NCBI RefSeq assembly: GCF_009914755.1
Contig: NC_060926.1
DNA from: the human T2T-CHM13v2.0 reference genome, Homo sapiens
Length of the DNA: 64,000 nucleotides
Strand: one strand, 5' to 3'
Position 1 is the stretch's first letter. Every line of letters starts with the position of its first letter. The notes under the pieces are model-generated. The model saw only the letters and a list, made by a program, of their open reading frames with translations, had not been told where the DNA came from and did not search any database. Positions 28,770 through 45,519 of the stretch are shown here, piece after piece. The translations under genes were made by a program, and so were the position numbers.

Positions 28770-29655
28770 TTTAAATGTACTAGTAGCCACATTAAAAATA
28801 TAGAGAAATAGGTGAAATTTAATAACATATTTTTAATCAAATATAACCAAAATATTATCATTGTAACATGTAATCAATATAAAAAACTAAGTTATTCCTT
28901 TATATTAAGTTTTCAAAATCTGCTGGGTATTTCACATTACTGCATATCTCAATTTGAGCTACCCACTCTTCAAGTGCTCCACACAGCTCTAGACTTTCTG
29001 CATTTTAAACAATGAACCTGAATCTTTTGTTATGCATTAAGTAAACCATGCAAGAAAAGGACTAGGAATCTTTAAATATTTCAACAGAGAATAACATGTT
29101 TTACATTCCCCAAGGAAGTGAGAGCTTACAGAAATAGGCTTTTTTCAATTTTCCTCATAATGAAAACTTTCTAATAAATACAGCTGTCCACAGAAGAAGG
29201 AAGAAGCCTTGGACAGAGGTGATTACCCCACCATTATCCTTTCAAGCACTTGCACAAGAAAACCTGGTGGAGATTCTACACAGGGTAAATACAGAGTACT
29301 TATACAGTATACTGAATGCCCCTCAAGATTCTCCCAACACCCATGATTCCTCAACTCTAACTTTTGGTTTTCCTGATTCTAATAAATTGTCCTGCATTCT
29401 AGTCTGAAATTTATTTGCTGTACCTGCTTTTCTCTAGATTTTAAGAATTATTTTTCCTAAACTTGTACTGTCTGATATGCAGCAGGCACATTTGCTACGT
29501 GTGGCTTTTTCTACTTACAAAAAAACCATTAAAAATTCAATTTCTTAGTCACAATTTCAAGTTAGTCAAGAACCACATGTGGCTAGTGGTTACCCCACTG
29601 AACAGCATAGATACAGGACACTTCCACCATCACAGAAAGTTCTGTACCCTCTGTT
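28770..29655. mobile_element. MER33/MER3-like hAT fragments (28770-29000, 29460-29655)
   Basis: TAGTAGCCACAT / CACATGTGGCTAGTGG motifs. Confidence 0.55.
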
Positions 29656-30310
29656 CTAAACCAAACTGGAAAAGAGACCCAGACCCCTAATTGTTCTTTT
29701 TATTTGATGGCAAGTCTTGGTGTTCTTAATTCTGTAACGAGGCAGTATTGCACAATGGATAGAACAGTAGAATGAAACAGGATGCCTGGATCCCAAATCC
29801 AGGTTCTACCAGTAACCACGTCTAGACAGCCTTAAGTATAAATTTATTTTTTGTGGCTCCCAGTTTCTCATCTACAAAACAAACAGCCTGGATTAGGTGT
29901 CTTCTAAAGGTAATTCTTGTGTAAATGTTTATAGAACTACATGTACCCTATTATCAATTAATTCAGCCAAAGTATCTCAGCAGAAAGGACTAAGCCTTGG
30001 CCCCTACAAGTGTGATCAATAGCTCCAAAATAGAGAAATGCTTTATCTTTCTAGAATAAATTTTCTTTAAGAATTTAGCAACTTTAGAAACTAAACACTC
30101 ATCCAGAAAAAAAAAAAAAAAGGAGTTTAGCAACTGAGTTTAGGGAACAATGATGCTATTTTGACTAGGACAGCAAAAAGCAAAGAAACCTGACATCCTT
30201 ATTAAGATAAATTTTAGCCTAGAGCAGTATAGACTAAATGCTCTTGACTGGTCTATCAAATTAAAGGTGTTATATTATGTATTGACAATCCTGTGTTGAA
30301 TTAATAAATT

Positions 30311-30624
<314 letters not shown>

Positions 30625-30784
30625 TAGTAAATTTTAAACAACTTCATTGATAATAGTTACACATATGCTTCCTGTGGTCAGTTTACTCATATGAGGCCAT
30701 TTAAATTTTTTCTACACAAGTGAAATCGCACTAAAAAAATGACAAGGTGTATGAATTAATCTGAAACACAAATTCACCAATTAC

Positions 30785-30846
30785 CTGGATGTTAAAATGA
30801 TCAAGAATTGCAATCAGCTCTTCTTTCCTCGTGGAAACCACGGAGC
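30785..30846 (-). CDS. SMC6: SMC6 coding exon 5 (aa 161-181)
   Basis: tag|GC TCC...CAG|gtaatt; 62 nt; SVVSTRKEELIAILDHFNIQ. Confidence 0.95.
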
Positions 30847-31447
30847 CTAGTTATAAGAAACATATGAAATAACCAAACTGTTTCTAGGGCATAACACAGA
30901 AAAAATGTATAGTTACTTACAAAATATAAATATTAGTTAGCTTTCATTGCATCATCAAGAAAGGTACCATTGAATACGTACAAATATGAATGAACATGGC
31001 ACAAGTACAGAGGAAGAAAAAGTACCCACATGCAATAATGGTGCTTATCTTGTTCCCACAGCTAAACATATTTTGCTCCTTATCTATCTCTTTTTAAAAA
31101 CTAAATGCTCACCTCTTCTTTTATGTCATTTTGCACCTTTTGCTAACCATTTATTTCCACATGCTATAAAAACCCTGGTGTGATAGGAAGTCTGTAGGTG
31201 AAAACAAAATAGCACAACTTGTTTCAAATAATCCCCAATTCTGCTAATCATGCTTTTGGTGCTATAATATCCTGGGGTAAAACAACCATGTGTAACATAT
31301 GCACGTGTGTGTGTGTGTGTGTATATATATATGCACACAACCAATCATGTTACAAGGAAGATAGTTCAATCAATACCAGCAGTCATCTAATTCTTTTTGA
31401 GTATTTCCTAATATTTTATAAGAAATGAAAAGAGAATCAAAACAAAC

Positions 31448-31584
31448 CTGTTGCACTTTTAAGTTTATAAGATCGACTTCCATCTATGCTGATGTGTTGC
31501 TGTATAAGTATAGAGTTACCATACACACTGGCTTTAAAGGCATCATCTCCTCTGTTCCTCAATGTTATTGAGATATCTGCAGAG
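31448..31584 (-). CDS. SMC6: SMC6 coding exon 4 (aa 115-161)
   Basis: cag|C TCT...ACA G|gtttgt; 137 nt; [45 protein letters not shown]. Confidence 0.95.
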
Positions 31585-32110
31585 CTGAAAGAATGAGGTT
31601 GAGCTAAGTTACATGAAGATACAGTGTAATTACAATACTAGGTTGCCACAGTTTTCAAATTTTTCAAAACCACCAAATAATTTGGCCAATTCATTTGCAA
31701 ATTAGCTTTACATCAACAGCTGACACTGATTGTTCACTACAGCATAACGTTAACGATACTGTGCCTAACAAAAAAATAAAGTTGAGAATAAGTGAAGCTT
31801 CAAAAAAATAATTGACTGACTATTCTATCCATCATAGAAATAGCACATCTGCACAAAAACCATTAAGTTTCGGTTGTTTCAAGACATGTAGATAAGTTAT
31901 ACATTTTCCTATAAAAATCATGTAATCAAAATTATACTGCCTGACTACTGTAAGTTATATAAAGCATCATGCTTGACAGTAGGCCTTTAAAGAATGATGA
32001 AGTAAGAATTATGGTAAAGTAGTTAACATTTTCAAAGGGGATTAGAATTAAAAAAGGTAATTTTAATTTTTCAATTACTTGGCAATAAAAAATAAAACCA
32101 TTTGATATCA

Positions 32111-32452
<342 letters not shown>

Positions 32453-34376
32453 TTACTGGCATTAAAAAGACATATTTTAAAATAGTACAATGCATCTAAA
32501 CACACATATAAAATGATGAGTATAAATCTGCCTAACCAATAGGCTCTGTTATAGTTTTTAAAGTTTTAAAGATGTTTTAGGGACTTACAGCCACGCATAT
32601 TTTAAGATCTATAGGAGTAAAAAAAAAAATCTTTATTTGTGTACTCCAACTTGTGTTAAAATAAGACTTGGTAGAAAAACAAAGATGCTGATGAAGGACA
32701 TTAATAAAGATATAATTTTCTTACACATAAAAGCAGATATTTTACCTGGTTCATATGAGCATCTGTCAAAATGCTAAAGTCCCTTAATATAAAAGTGTTT
32801 TAATTGGTAATTAAATGAAACCTTTAACAGAACAAACTTGCTTTTGTGAATTTGTAATCATACTCTAAAACTGTTCCCATTTGTGGGAAATGCAGGAAGA
32901 AATACTCCAGATGAGCTTCATTGTGAATTACTGCTAAGACAGTAGACACAGTGAAGTGTTTGCTCTGTTGCTCCACCATCCTTTTCTGTACAAGTGCCCT
33001 AGCAGAAAGGGCTTAGCAACGATATAATTTTCCATCCCATCCTCTTGGGATTGAGCTAAATATAGAAATTTTTTACCAACTAAGCAATCAGATTTTCTTC
33101 TTTAAAAAATCAAACTAAGAAAATGTGGTTAAAAAAATTTCAGAATTCTGTAGTTTAGTTGATATTGTACCAATGGTAATTGTATAGCTTTGATAAATGC
33201 ATCTTAGTTACGTAAGATATCTACATTAAGGAAAATTGGGTGAAGGATATACAGAAAATTGTACTATCTTTGCAACATTTCTGTAAATCTACAATTATTT
33301 CAAAATAAAAAGGTTTTAAAAAATCAAATTAAGACATGATGAAGTCGAGAGATGGTGAATCCTGGGAGCTACAAAGTTATGGAGCCTCTAGACCTAGAGA
33401 AACCAATTTGGGGCATTATAGTCTGATAAGAAAATAGAAAAGTCTGAATAGAACAGATAAGCTCTTTGGAAACCACTTAGGCAGGCTAATAAAAAGACAT
33501 AACATACTCACAGATACTGGCAGTGAACCAGAGGGACAGAAAACATAAGATCACTTCCTTATACACATACACCTACAGACTAGGACAGTAAGACTTATAA
33601 ATGCCTGCACATGCAAAGACACACAGCAACAAAGATTAGCAAAAAATAAGGAAGTACACATACTTGAGACAGTGATGGAGAGAAACACACTCACTTACCT
33701 GTACACTTTTCACAAGGAGAGACAGGAGAGCATAGTGCACACACACAGAAGTACAGCCAATTAAGTTAGGATTGTGAGGGAGGTGCACAGAGGAGAGTTG
33801 CAGAACAAACCAATGGGAGGGAGAGGAAGACAGAGGTCCAGAGACAAGACACACAGAGACAGCCAGAGATGCAATTAAAAGAAAGCCCCAGAGAGAGAAG
33901 TGACTCAGTTCTTACAGGGTCTCAGTCTGGTCCCTCAAGAGACCCCGCAGTATTTCCTCTCTGCAGTTTCATGAATATATATCCCTGCATCTTTATGGTA
34001 AATATCCTTTCCTAGAGCTACCTTGAATAAATTGGTGTGGTTTTTCTATAAAAACAATATTACCTAATTAAGACAGATTATGCCTCAGAAAAATCAATTA
34101 ATGGGATTTTTTAAAAGCTCCCCAAGTTGATTCTAATGAACGGTTAAGGTTGAGAACCACTGAAGTATGAGGGGAAGGGCGGCTGGCCTCTGATAATGTA
34201 GCTAATGAATATTTTATTTCATTAGCTAGTATGATTACTTGGCATTAAGTTACAGTACCTCATGAAAACATTTCTTAAATGACTACATATATTTGCTCTC
34301 TGAATTATCAAACACCTCTCTTGATTACCAAACACCTACTTTATTATCTTCATTCCTAGCTACTCCTTGTATTTAA

Positions 34377-34728
<352 letters not shown>

Positions 34729-36289
34729 TGCTATATGAATCTAATAAATACAAGAAAGCAAAATACTTCTAAAAAATAACATTTATAAAAAAGCCTCATA
34801 ATTACTGCTAAAGAAACAAAAAAAAAACCACTTCTGCAGGAAGACAGAGACAACTGAGCTGGGTACTAGCTCTGCAGTCTTCCCCTTTACACTGATATGG
34901 TCTGTGCTGATGCTCAATTTGGGTCAACAGCCATAGAGCCCAATGAGTGAAAAGAGAGACTATCTATGAGATTTTTTTCAGAATGACAACACAAACAAGC
35001 AGTGCCACAGTAAGAATTTGGCTTCTTTCTCAACTCAGGAACAATCTATCTACACGGAAGTAACTGGCAGCAGTGCACATCAATGAGAACAAGGAATAAG
35101 AAAAGTCATATAAAAAGATGATACAACTGCTCCTTCTCTGGGTCACCAGCTCATCTGTAATAAGTTCTGTATCCCTGACTAAATAAATCAGGAACATAAA
35201 ACAGGAGAATGAGTTTTTGTCCCTCTATAACCCTTGTGCCACAGCTGATGTCAAAAATTAGACTACTGCAAAGACCCCAAGGCTACCAGGGTTGGTATTA
35301 GGAAGGCCAAGGGAGGGAACAGTAAACTGTATATGTTTAAAGAGAATCTAAATAGCAAAGGGCATGAGGCCTTGGGTCACTGAGAAAGGTTTTCATGTGA
35401 AGAGATATATTAGGAGGATTCATTCAGTCCCTGTGTCACTGCAAAGGCTTGGTGGATAATTAGAAGGATGAGTCCCAGGCAATGTCTCAAGGTTCAGTTC
35501 TCTGGCTTCTTCTAACAGTATTAGGCAAGCATCTCCAAGGAGAGTTGAAATATCCCAAGAAAGGAGGCCCACAGCCCAAGAGTCACAAATGGCGAGTATA
35601 ATGTTAGAGATGGGGGAAGGGAGGGATAGAGTCCTTAGAACTACCTCAAACTTGTGCTGGACCACACTGACAACCATTCTTCAGGCAAAGTGAGACTCCT
35701 TCATAGACTTTAGATGTGCAATAGAGTAAGAGCAGAACTAAAAACCTCAACAAGCTGATTCTGCAAAAAAGTGATGACAGAATCAGAGACTATAAAAACA
35801 AGGGAAATTTTATAAATGCCAAATGTTTTCAATGAGGAAGGGGATAGATAAGAACAATAAAGATGTGGAAAAACTCTGCTTTTCGTTAGTTTTTTAGACA
35901 GAAGACTGAGCTAAGGTTAGAGTTTCTAGCTGTCACTAACTGTGTTTTAAAATATATTTCCCCCAATTTTGTACTGGAAAAGAAAAAATAAAATATAACT
36001 ATTTCACTCTACAGGCAGCCATGTCCTTAGAAGTCGGTGATTTGTTTAAGCTAGTCTTTTTTTATTAAATAGTATTCAGAGGACAGGTCTCAGAGAGAAG
36101 CTTCTACCCTGGTCTAAGTACTTCTCAAATGGGGGAAAAAAAAGTATTTAACTGAGAAAACATTTAACAGTGTATAAAAAATAATTTCTTCTTAAAGACT
36201 GTATCTGAAAATTCAACGTGCTATCTGGCCAAGTAGACTGGGTGATTGTTTGGACAGCTAAGAAATGGATAGTTAAGTATAATGAACTG

Positions 36290-36631
<342 letters not shown>

Positions 36632-37917
36632 AAATATAATGAACTGAAATAGAGTTGATACTATTAACTTAAAGGTGTTAAAATAACTAATTTTTTGCTA
36701 CAGACATCATTTTGGTTGGTGGTGAGAGGAAGACTTTGCTGGACTGGGGCCCCATGAAGTGGAGACAGAAACTATGCTGGAAATTGTTATCAAATAGTTT
36801 TTTCCCAAGGCCATAGGGCATGGGAAATAATCTTCTGTGTATCTTTTCTCCTTTTTTTTGAGTCAATTTGGAATCTTGGCTTAAGGTTAAGATTCCTAAG
36901 GTTTCTGAGGAATACATAAGAAATTTGCAGGCCTGATTCACATCCTGTCTTTGTTCTATTCTTTAGTAATAAAATAGAAGGTAAATGGATATAACACTGA
37001 GCAGAAGGAAAAGTCTACTGAATGAGAAAAAAGATATTAGTGTTAATTATGAAAGTTTCAAAAGTTCTCCGCACTGGGCATGAGAAGAAGGAATGGGAGT
37101 AGCCTCATGCTAGAAGATGTATGACAGCATTTGGGGCATTTTGCTGTTATGAAAAACAAAGATCCCTTCAGAGGTATCTGGGGCAGTATGGAAAAGAATG
37201 AAGAGATAAGCCTGAAGACAGAACAGCTAGTGGACAAAAAGCAGTGAGTCCATGATGATGCAAACTGGACAATTCACATATAGCTATGTGATGGCAACCT
37301 ATGACAAAAAGAAATATAAATGTAAAGCCAAAGAGAGTAGTGATATGACTATTCACCAAGGGTCTGGGATAGACTAAAAACAGATCTGTCATTGTGGTCC
37401 TCAAATTAAACTCACTGGCAACCTACTTGGTTAAAGGGTATAAAATCAGAGTCAAAAAGTAGAATTCTTATTTTGGGACTTCTTAGAGAGCTAAAGACAG
37501 AAGTTTTGTGCAGGGACACTTTGGCTGGTCACTGATTTTGCTCTCCCTACTATCGTATCAATGTGGACTCACTGATGCTGGGTTTGGGTCAATAGTCAGG
37601 AATTAGCAAGGTTTATAAACACTTGTTAAACAGGGTACATAGATTTATCACAGCCATTTCTTTCAGCAAGTAACAGAAGCAAGATGGCCAGGCACAGGGC
37701 AATAGGTTACACAAGCTATCTGTCTTGAGAGGGTAACAGGCAACAGTGAGCCATGCCAGCAACAAGGGGTAAAAGAAAGGAATGAAAAAATAGGACACCT
37801 CTGCTCCTGTTCTGGGAAGGCACTTCATTTCCAGTCATGTCTATGTGAACTGGGAATCTAAAGTAACTGTTTTCTTACTAAAGAATTGAAAATAGATGGT
37901 AGAAAGCAAACACTTAC

Positions 37918-38023
37918 TTCTGTCCATCTTTCACAAAACCTTTTAAAGAGGATCCTCTATTAGTAGCAACTGCTCTTCCACCAAGACCGACTATGAGAGC
38001 TGTGAGTACTGCACTCTTCCCAC
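37918..38023 (-). CDS. SMC6: SMC6 coding exon 3 (aa 80-115), second half of Walker A
   Basis: tag|GT GGG AAG...CAG AA|gtaagt; 106 nt; [34 protein letters not shown]. Confidence 0.96.
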
Positions 38024-38407
38024 CTAAAGAAACAGATGTTGAAGAAATCACATTCATTAAAAGAAAAAGGAAAAAGCTGACTCCTACCATGTAATGCAAA
38101 AAGATTTATGAATGAGACTCACTTTAAAATAAAATGTTAAAATTCAACTCTAATTTTCTTCCCGTGCAAAGCAACAACTTAAAAAAAAAGTTATATATGT
38201 AAGGAAAAATTGAACTGCCATTATTAGCAAAAAAAATAGTACATTTCAGGAATCAAATTGTTGCCACTAAAAAGAAAATGGTAAAAATTGTTGTGACACC
38301 TTTCCAACCTTTTCATTGTACCACCTTGGCCTATCAACCTAATAAATGAATCATCCCTCTATTTACACATATATTATTAATTCATCTAATTTTTATGACA
38401 TTCTATT

Positions 38408-38645
38408 GGCACAATCATTGCTCACTGTAACCTCGGACTCCTGGGCTCAAGCTATCCTCCTGCCTCAGCCTCCTCAGTAGCCGGGATTACAGGCACACAT
38501 CACTATGCCCGGCTAATTTTTTTTTGTAGAGACACAGTGTTGGTATGTTGCCCAGGGTGGTCTCAAATTCCTGGTTCTCAAGCGATCCTCCTGCCTTAGC
38601 CTCTCAAAGCGCTGTGATTATAGATGTGAGCCACTGGGCCCAGCC
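38408..38645 (-). mobile_element. Alu (J-type, tail end missing)
   Basis: antisense Alu body. Confidence 0.85.
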
Positions 38646-38922
38646 AGAAACCACTGTTAACATCCCTCAAAAGTAAGCTCCATGTGGACAGGAATATTGT
38701 CTCTTTCATTCAATACTGTATCCCTAATATTAGCACATAATAAGTACTTGCATTATTTGTTGAATGAATGAACTTAAGTAGAAAAAAATCAGCAAAGTCA
38801 TATACATGTTTTTATATAATATTTTGACAATTATTATTTGTAACTTGAATATTATTCATTTTCTAGCTCTTTGAGAAGTGTACTTCTTTATACCCTAACA
38901 GATCTAAAATATTACAAGCTGA

Positions 38923-39514
<592 letters not shown>

Positions 39515-39517
39515 TTA

Positions 39518-39578
39518 AACACACACACACACACACACACAGACACACACACACACACACACACACAGAGAATATGGT

Positions 39579-39624
<46 letters not shown>

Positions 39625-39632
39625 TATGGTAA
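39518..39632. repeat. Duplicated [(CA)n-GAATATGGTAA] compound microsatellite
   Basis: two CA tracts each followed by AGAATATGGTAA. Confidence 0.92.
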
Positions 39633-40264
39633 CCATTTTCTGAACTCCATTCAACCAATCCAATCAACTATTATTAGCCCATTATCTTCCGCAAAGTAAC
39701 ACAAAGTAACTAACGCACACCACTGATTAACCCAATTTATTTCCTGGAATGCCTGTAAAGTTCCTATTCTAACTCTCTTTTCTTCATTACCAAATGCACT
39801 GCCTCCACTATTTGCATTATTTCCTCTTCTATTAGGTTTTATTAATAAAAATCATTGTTTCAAAAGTTAAAAGACCTAACTTCAGAACCCATCAGTATTT
39901 ATTTCTTGTCCCATGTGACCCCTCTAAAACAGTGATCCCCTTGTCCATCTGTTTCTCCTAGAGACACTTTCTTCCTGACTGAATGATAAAGTAAGAAAAA
40001 CAACAAAAGGGACTGCAGAGCTACACATAACCTAGCTTCCTATTCTAGCATTGTCACCAGTTGGTAGACTCTGGCAAGCCTCCTCTCCCTGTGTACCTTC
40101 TCAGCCCAGCAGCCAACACCTCATTCTTGGCAGGCCTACCACAGAACTGCCCAGAAACTTTCTGCCTTCTGTATTTTTCCCCTTCTAATCCATTGTCCAC
40201 AATGTGGTCAGTTTGTTTCAAGAATTGTGGCCATGCCATTCCTTTACTCAAAAACTTTAATTGT

Positions 40265-40679
<415 letters not shown>

Positions 40680-41304
40680 CTAGAGCATGACTCTCCACAG
40701 TCAGCTTCTGCCTCTCTCCACTGTCCACCATACAATAAACCATATAAGGTTATTCACCAGTTCCTATACACATCTACCTCTACTCCTCCAAACCTTAGCT
40801 AATGAGCAATCTTTGCCTGGAACATCTCAGCTTCTTCTTGCCAATAAGACCTAAATAATCGATAATTTTCATTCAAGAACTGGCACAAATACCACCTCCT
40901 CTTAAAGCATTTATTGGCCACCTGGTGAGAACTACTTTTATGTTTGGATTGCCAAGTCACTTCATTTGTGCTCTTACAATGTTTAGTAAGGCAAGACACA
41001 AGGCTGCCTCAATTGCAATGAGGATCGCTTGTCTACCCTTCTATGGTACAGATTCCAAGATAAATAGATTAAAAACATAAGCAGGAAATGTTTATCCCTA
41101 TTGCTTAAGTAATGTACCTAGAGTTAACTCAGTATTTTCTTTAAGTGTACACTGGCAGCAAATACCAAGAATATTCATAACCACAAGTTATACATCTATA
41201 GAAAAAATACTTATTAGCACTAATAGTCACCTATTTCAAAAAGTTAACGTACTCTAATCTCAAAGTACTGCTCAAAGTCAAACGAGAAGGGAAAAAACAC
41301 TTAC

Positions 41305-41422
41305 TTCCATTGTTGCCAACAACAAAGTTGACATTAGAACCAAACTTAAAAGGTCCAAGCATTGAATGACACATGAAGTTTTTTAGGTGAATACTCTCAA
41401 TTATTCCAACTTCTGCTGCAGT
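41305..41422 (-). CDS. SMC6: SMC6 coding exon 2 (aa 41-80), first half of Walker A
   Basis: tag|ACT...GGA A|gtaagt; 118 nt; [39 protein letters not shown]. Confidence 0.96.
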
Positions 41423-41639
41423 CTATTAATAAAAAACAATGGGAGAAAATGGTCAATCTAATTCACTCATTATAACCATTCAAGCATTGTTGGCATCAGA
41501 AAGACTAGCACCATCACCAATGAAAAAATTTACAGAAAGTGAATAATGGTAACTTCAATGAATAAGATGAAATTAAATGGGAACCTTCTATGAGTCAGTA
41601 CTCATTCTAAAATCTTTAAAGGATTTAAAAGTATATCAC

Positions 41640-41875
41640 CAGGTTTCTTAATATTGGCAATGACACTTTGGGTCTGATAATTTTTTGTTAGTGGAGGGGG
41701 TTTGTCTTGTGCATTGCAGAATGTTTAGTGGCATCCCCAGCCTCTACCCACTAGATGCCGGCAACACACACCTGCCCCTAAGTTGTGACAACCAAAAATA
41801 TGTCCAGACATTGCTAAATGTCCCTGGGGGGCGCAAAAGGGAGAGAGAAGAATCCCCTTTGTTGAGAACTGCTAT
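41640..41875. mobile_element. MER20
   Basis: TGTGCATTGCAGAATGTTTAGTGGCATCCCCAGCCTCTACCCACTAGATGCC...GTGACAACCAAAAATATGTCCAGACATTGCTAAATGTCCCTGGGG. Confidence 0.85.
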
Positions 41876-42419
41876 CCAATTGGCATAGTAAAACTTCCTA
41901 TATACTTTATTTAGAATACCTCTGAAAGATGACGATCCAGCCATGCATTCAACACTGAATTCACTATCTGACATTCACTATTTCAATTCAGAGAGCAGAG
42001 TACATGTTCTTAAAAAGTAAAGCCTGCTCTTCTTGTGACTTTGTCACTTATTATGGCAACTGTGTGACTTTTGGCAATGTATAAAGCATATACAGTTTCC
42101 AAGTCCGTAAAACAGGAATAATATTTCCTATACTATAAATATTATATCAGCATTAAGTTAGATAAGGTTTACAAATGGTTTAACCAAGAGTTTGGCAAAT
42201 GGTAGTCACTTGCACTTTGTAGTTATCTAAGTACCAGAACAAATCAGCCTTATTTTATCAGGTCTTCTAATTTTTTTGAAGACCATTTTCAAGTCTCCAG
42301 GTATTTTAAAGATTTCTTTAAAAACTCCCCGGCTCTCTTCTTCTGGACATACGTCTTACTAAACAGTAGAAAACATTTACATCCTTGTATGAGTAGAACA
42401 CTGGAAATCATGGTTGACG

Positions 42420-45360
42420 AATTTTTAAAATATTTTTATTTTTAAATAATAACAGATTCACGTGCAATCCTTAATGAGATCCTGTGTACCCTTTACTCAG
42501 TTTCCGCCCATTGTAACATCTTGCAGAGCTAAAGTACAATATCACAACCAAGATACTGACATTGACATAGTCAAAATACAGAATATTTCCATCATCACCA
42601 GGATCCCACATGTTGCCCTTTTATAGTCACATCCACATCCCACCTTAACCCTGACCCACAATCTGTTCATTTCTATTAACTTTGCACTTTCTAAAATGTT
42701 AAATAAATGGAAACAGACAAAATGTAGCCTCTTGGGACTGGCTTTTTCCACTCAGCCTAATTCTCTGTTGTTGCCTATATCGGTAGTTCGCTCCTTTTTA
42801 TTGTTAAGCTATATTTTATGGTATGGATGTACCAAGGTATATTTACTAGTTCCTTTGCCTTTTCACCTAAATTTTAGAATAAAATATATACCTACAAAAT
42901 ATCTTGCTGAGGTTTTAATAGAACTGCATTTAAATTTACATATCATTTTGGGGGAGAACTGACATAATTTCTATATTGAGCTGTCTAATCCGTGAGTAAG
43001 TATGTGTCTCCATTTATTCAGGTATTCTTTGATTCCCTTCATCAGCACAGTATAATTTTCACCATATTAGTCCTGTACATATTTTGCTAGCTTTAGACCT
43101 AACTATTTCATTTTTTAATACTTAATTTTTTAAGAGTAGTTTTAGGTTCACAGCAAAATTGAGAGGAAGATACAAAAATATCCTATATACCCCCTACCCC
43201 CACACATGCATAGTCTCCCTCATTATCAACATCCACTATCAGCGTGGTACATGTGTTACAGATGATGAACCCACACTAACATATCATTATCAACCCAAGT
43301 CCACAGTCTGTACTAGGGTTCACTCGATATTATTGTACATTCTACAGATTTGAACAAATTTATAATGACATGTTTCCACCATTTTAGTATAGTACAGTTA
43401 TTTTTACTGCGCTAAAAATCCGGTGCTCAACCTATTCATCCCTCCCTTTCCTCAACCCCTAGCAACCAACCACTGATTTTTAACTCTCCATAGTTATGCC
43501 TTTTTCAGAACGTCATATAGTTGGAATCATACAGCATGTAGCCTTTTCTGACTGGCTTCTGTCACTTAGTAATATACGTTTAAGGTTCCTCTATGTCTTT
43601 TCATGGCTTAATAGCTTAATACTAATAGTGCATCGTCTGGATATACCAGAGTTTATTTATCCATTTATCTACTGAAGGACATTTTGGTTGCCTCCAAGTT
43701 TTGGTAATTATGAATAAAGCTGTTATAAACATGAATGCACAGGTTTTCATGTGGACGTAAGTTTTCAACTCCTTTGGGTAAATACTAAGGAATTCAACTG
43801 CTGGACTGTATGGTAAGAGGATGTTTGGTTTTGTAAGAAACTGCCAAAGTGTGTTCCAAAGTGGCTGGACATTCTCACCAGTAATGAATGAGAGTTCCTG
43901 TTGCTCCACATTCTTGTCAGCATTTGGTGCTCTCAGTGGTTTGAACTATTGCCATTTTATCAGGTGTGTTGGTATCTCAATGTTGTTTTAATTTGCATCG
44001 TCCCAAAGTGGTTCATTTTTTTTGAGTGATTGAAAATGGTATTTTGAATTTTAACGTCCATGTGTTCAACGCCAGTATATAAAAGTAAAGCATTTTAAAA
44101 ATACCTTATCCTATAACTTTGCTGAATGTATTTATTCATTTTAAGAGTTTTTTGTAGATTCCTTGAGATTTTTTATGTAGATAATGAACAAATGGATTAT
44201 CTACATAATCTGCAAACAGAGACAGTTTTTGTGTGTGTTTTTCCTTTCCAAACTCTATACCTTCTGTTTCCTTGATTTATTTGCAATGCTAGATTTTCTA
44301 GCACTATGTTGAATAAGTGACAGAAGCAAACACCTTTGTCTTCTTCCTGATCTTTGGGGAAAAGTATCCAATGTTTTACCATTAAGTATAATGTTAGCTG
44401 TCAGTTTTTTTGTGAGTGCTCTTTAACAGGTTGAGGAAGTTCCAGTCTATTCTTATTTTTCTGAGAGTTTTAGTCATGAACAGGTGTTGAATTTTATCAA
44501 ACACTTTTGCTGCACTGAGTGATATAATCATGTGATTTTTCTTCTTTAGCCTGTAACATGGTGAATCACAATGATTGATTTTTGGATACCAAATCAGGCT
44601 TGTATACCTAAAATAAACCCATTAATTATGACGTATAATTCTTTTTACATATAGTTGGCTTTTCCTATCTGCGGGTTCTGCAGATGTGAATACTCAGGGC
44701 AGATTATAAGGGACTTCAGCATCAGTGGATTTTGGTCTGAAGCGGAGTCCTGTGAACCAATCCTGCTTGAATACCAAGTAACAACTACATTGCTGAATTC
44801 TCCTTGCAAATATTTTGTTCAGCATTTCTGCAACCATATCTATTAGGTATACTGGTTTTACAGTTTGCTTTTTTGGGGGTCCCTCATTGTCTGGTTTTGG
44901 CATCAAGATAATACATTGAAAAGTGTTCTCTTATGATTTTTGGAAAAGACTGTGTAGATTCATGTTAATTCTTCTTTAAATGTTTGGTATAATTCTCCAG
45001 TGAAACCAACTGGGCCTGTAGATTTCTTTTATAGGAATTTAAAAATATGAATTAAATCTCCTTAGTAGTTATAGGGCTATTCAGATGATCTATTTCGTAC
45101 TGGGTGACTTGTGGTAATTTTTCCTTTTTGAGGATTGGTCCACTTCACCTAAGTTGTCAAATTTATGTGTGTAGAGTTGCTAACTGTATTTCCTTACCCT
45201 TTGGATGTCTGCAGGGTCTGTGGATAGCCCTTATTTTATTCCCGATATTGGTAATTTGTGTCTTTTCTCTTTTTGCATTTCTTGGTCTTACTAAAAGTTT
45301 GTCAATTTTATTCACATTTCTATACATTCAGTTCTTTATTTTCTCTATTAATTTTTCTAA
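42420..45360 (-). mobile_element. Nested old L1M fragments, with a Tigger-family fragment near 44650-44790
   Basis: L1 3' ends near 42430 and 43120; ORF 43622-43909 resembles the L1 ORF2p C-terminus (FITALFIITKTWRQPKCPS..KWINKLWYI). Confidence 0.8.
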
Positions 45361-45519
45361 TAATTAACATAAGCTTCAAAATTACCCAGAACAGATTTTA
45401 CCTCAACTTTTAAAAAATCATATTACTTTTTCTTGATTTTAAGTTATCACAGAATGTGATATGATGAATGTTACAAGAAAAACATATCAAAAAGCATAAT
45501 TTTGTAATTTTTCGCTTAC

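Noticed and set aside
31026-31100. Possible in-frame 75-nt cassette exon between coding exons 4 and 5
   Set aside because: Weak splice sites and an in-frame TAG within six codons
43622-43909. ORF resembling the L1 ORF2p C-terminus
   Set aside because: Short decayed fragment of an old L1M; no intact EN/RT
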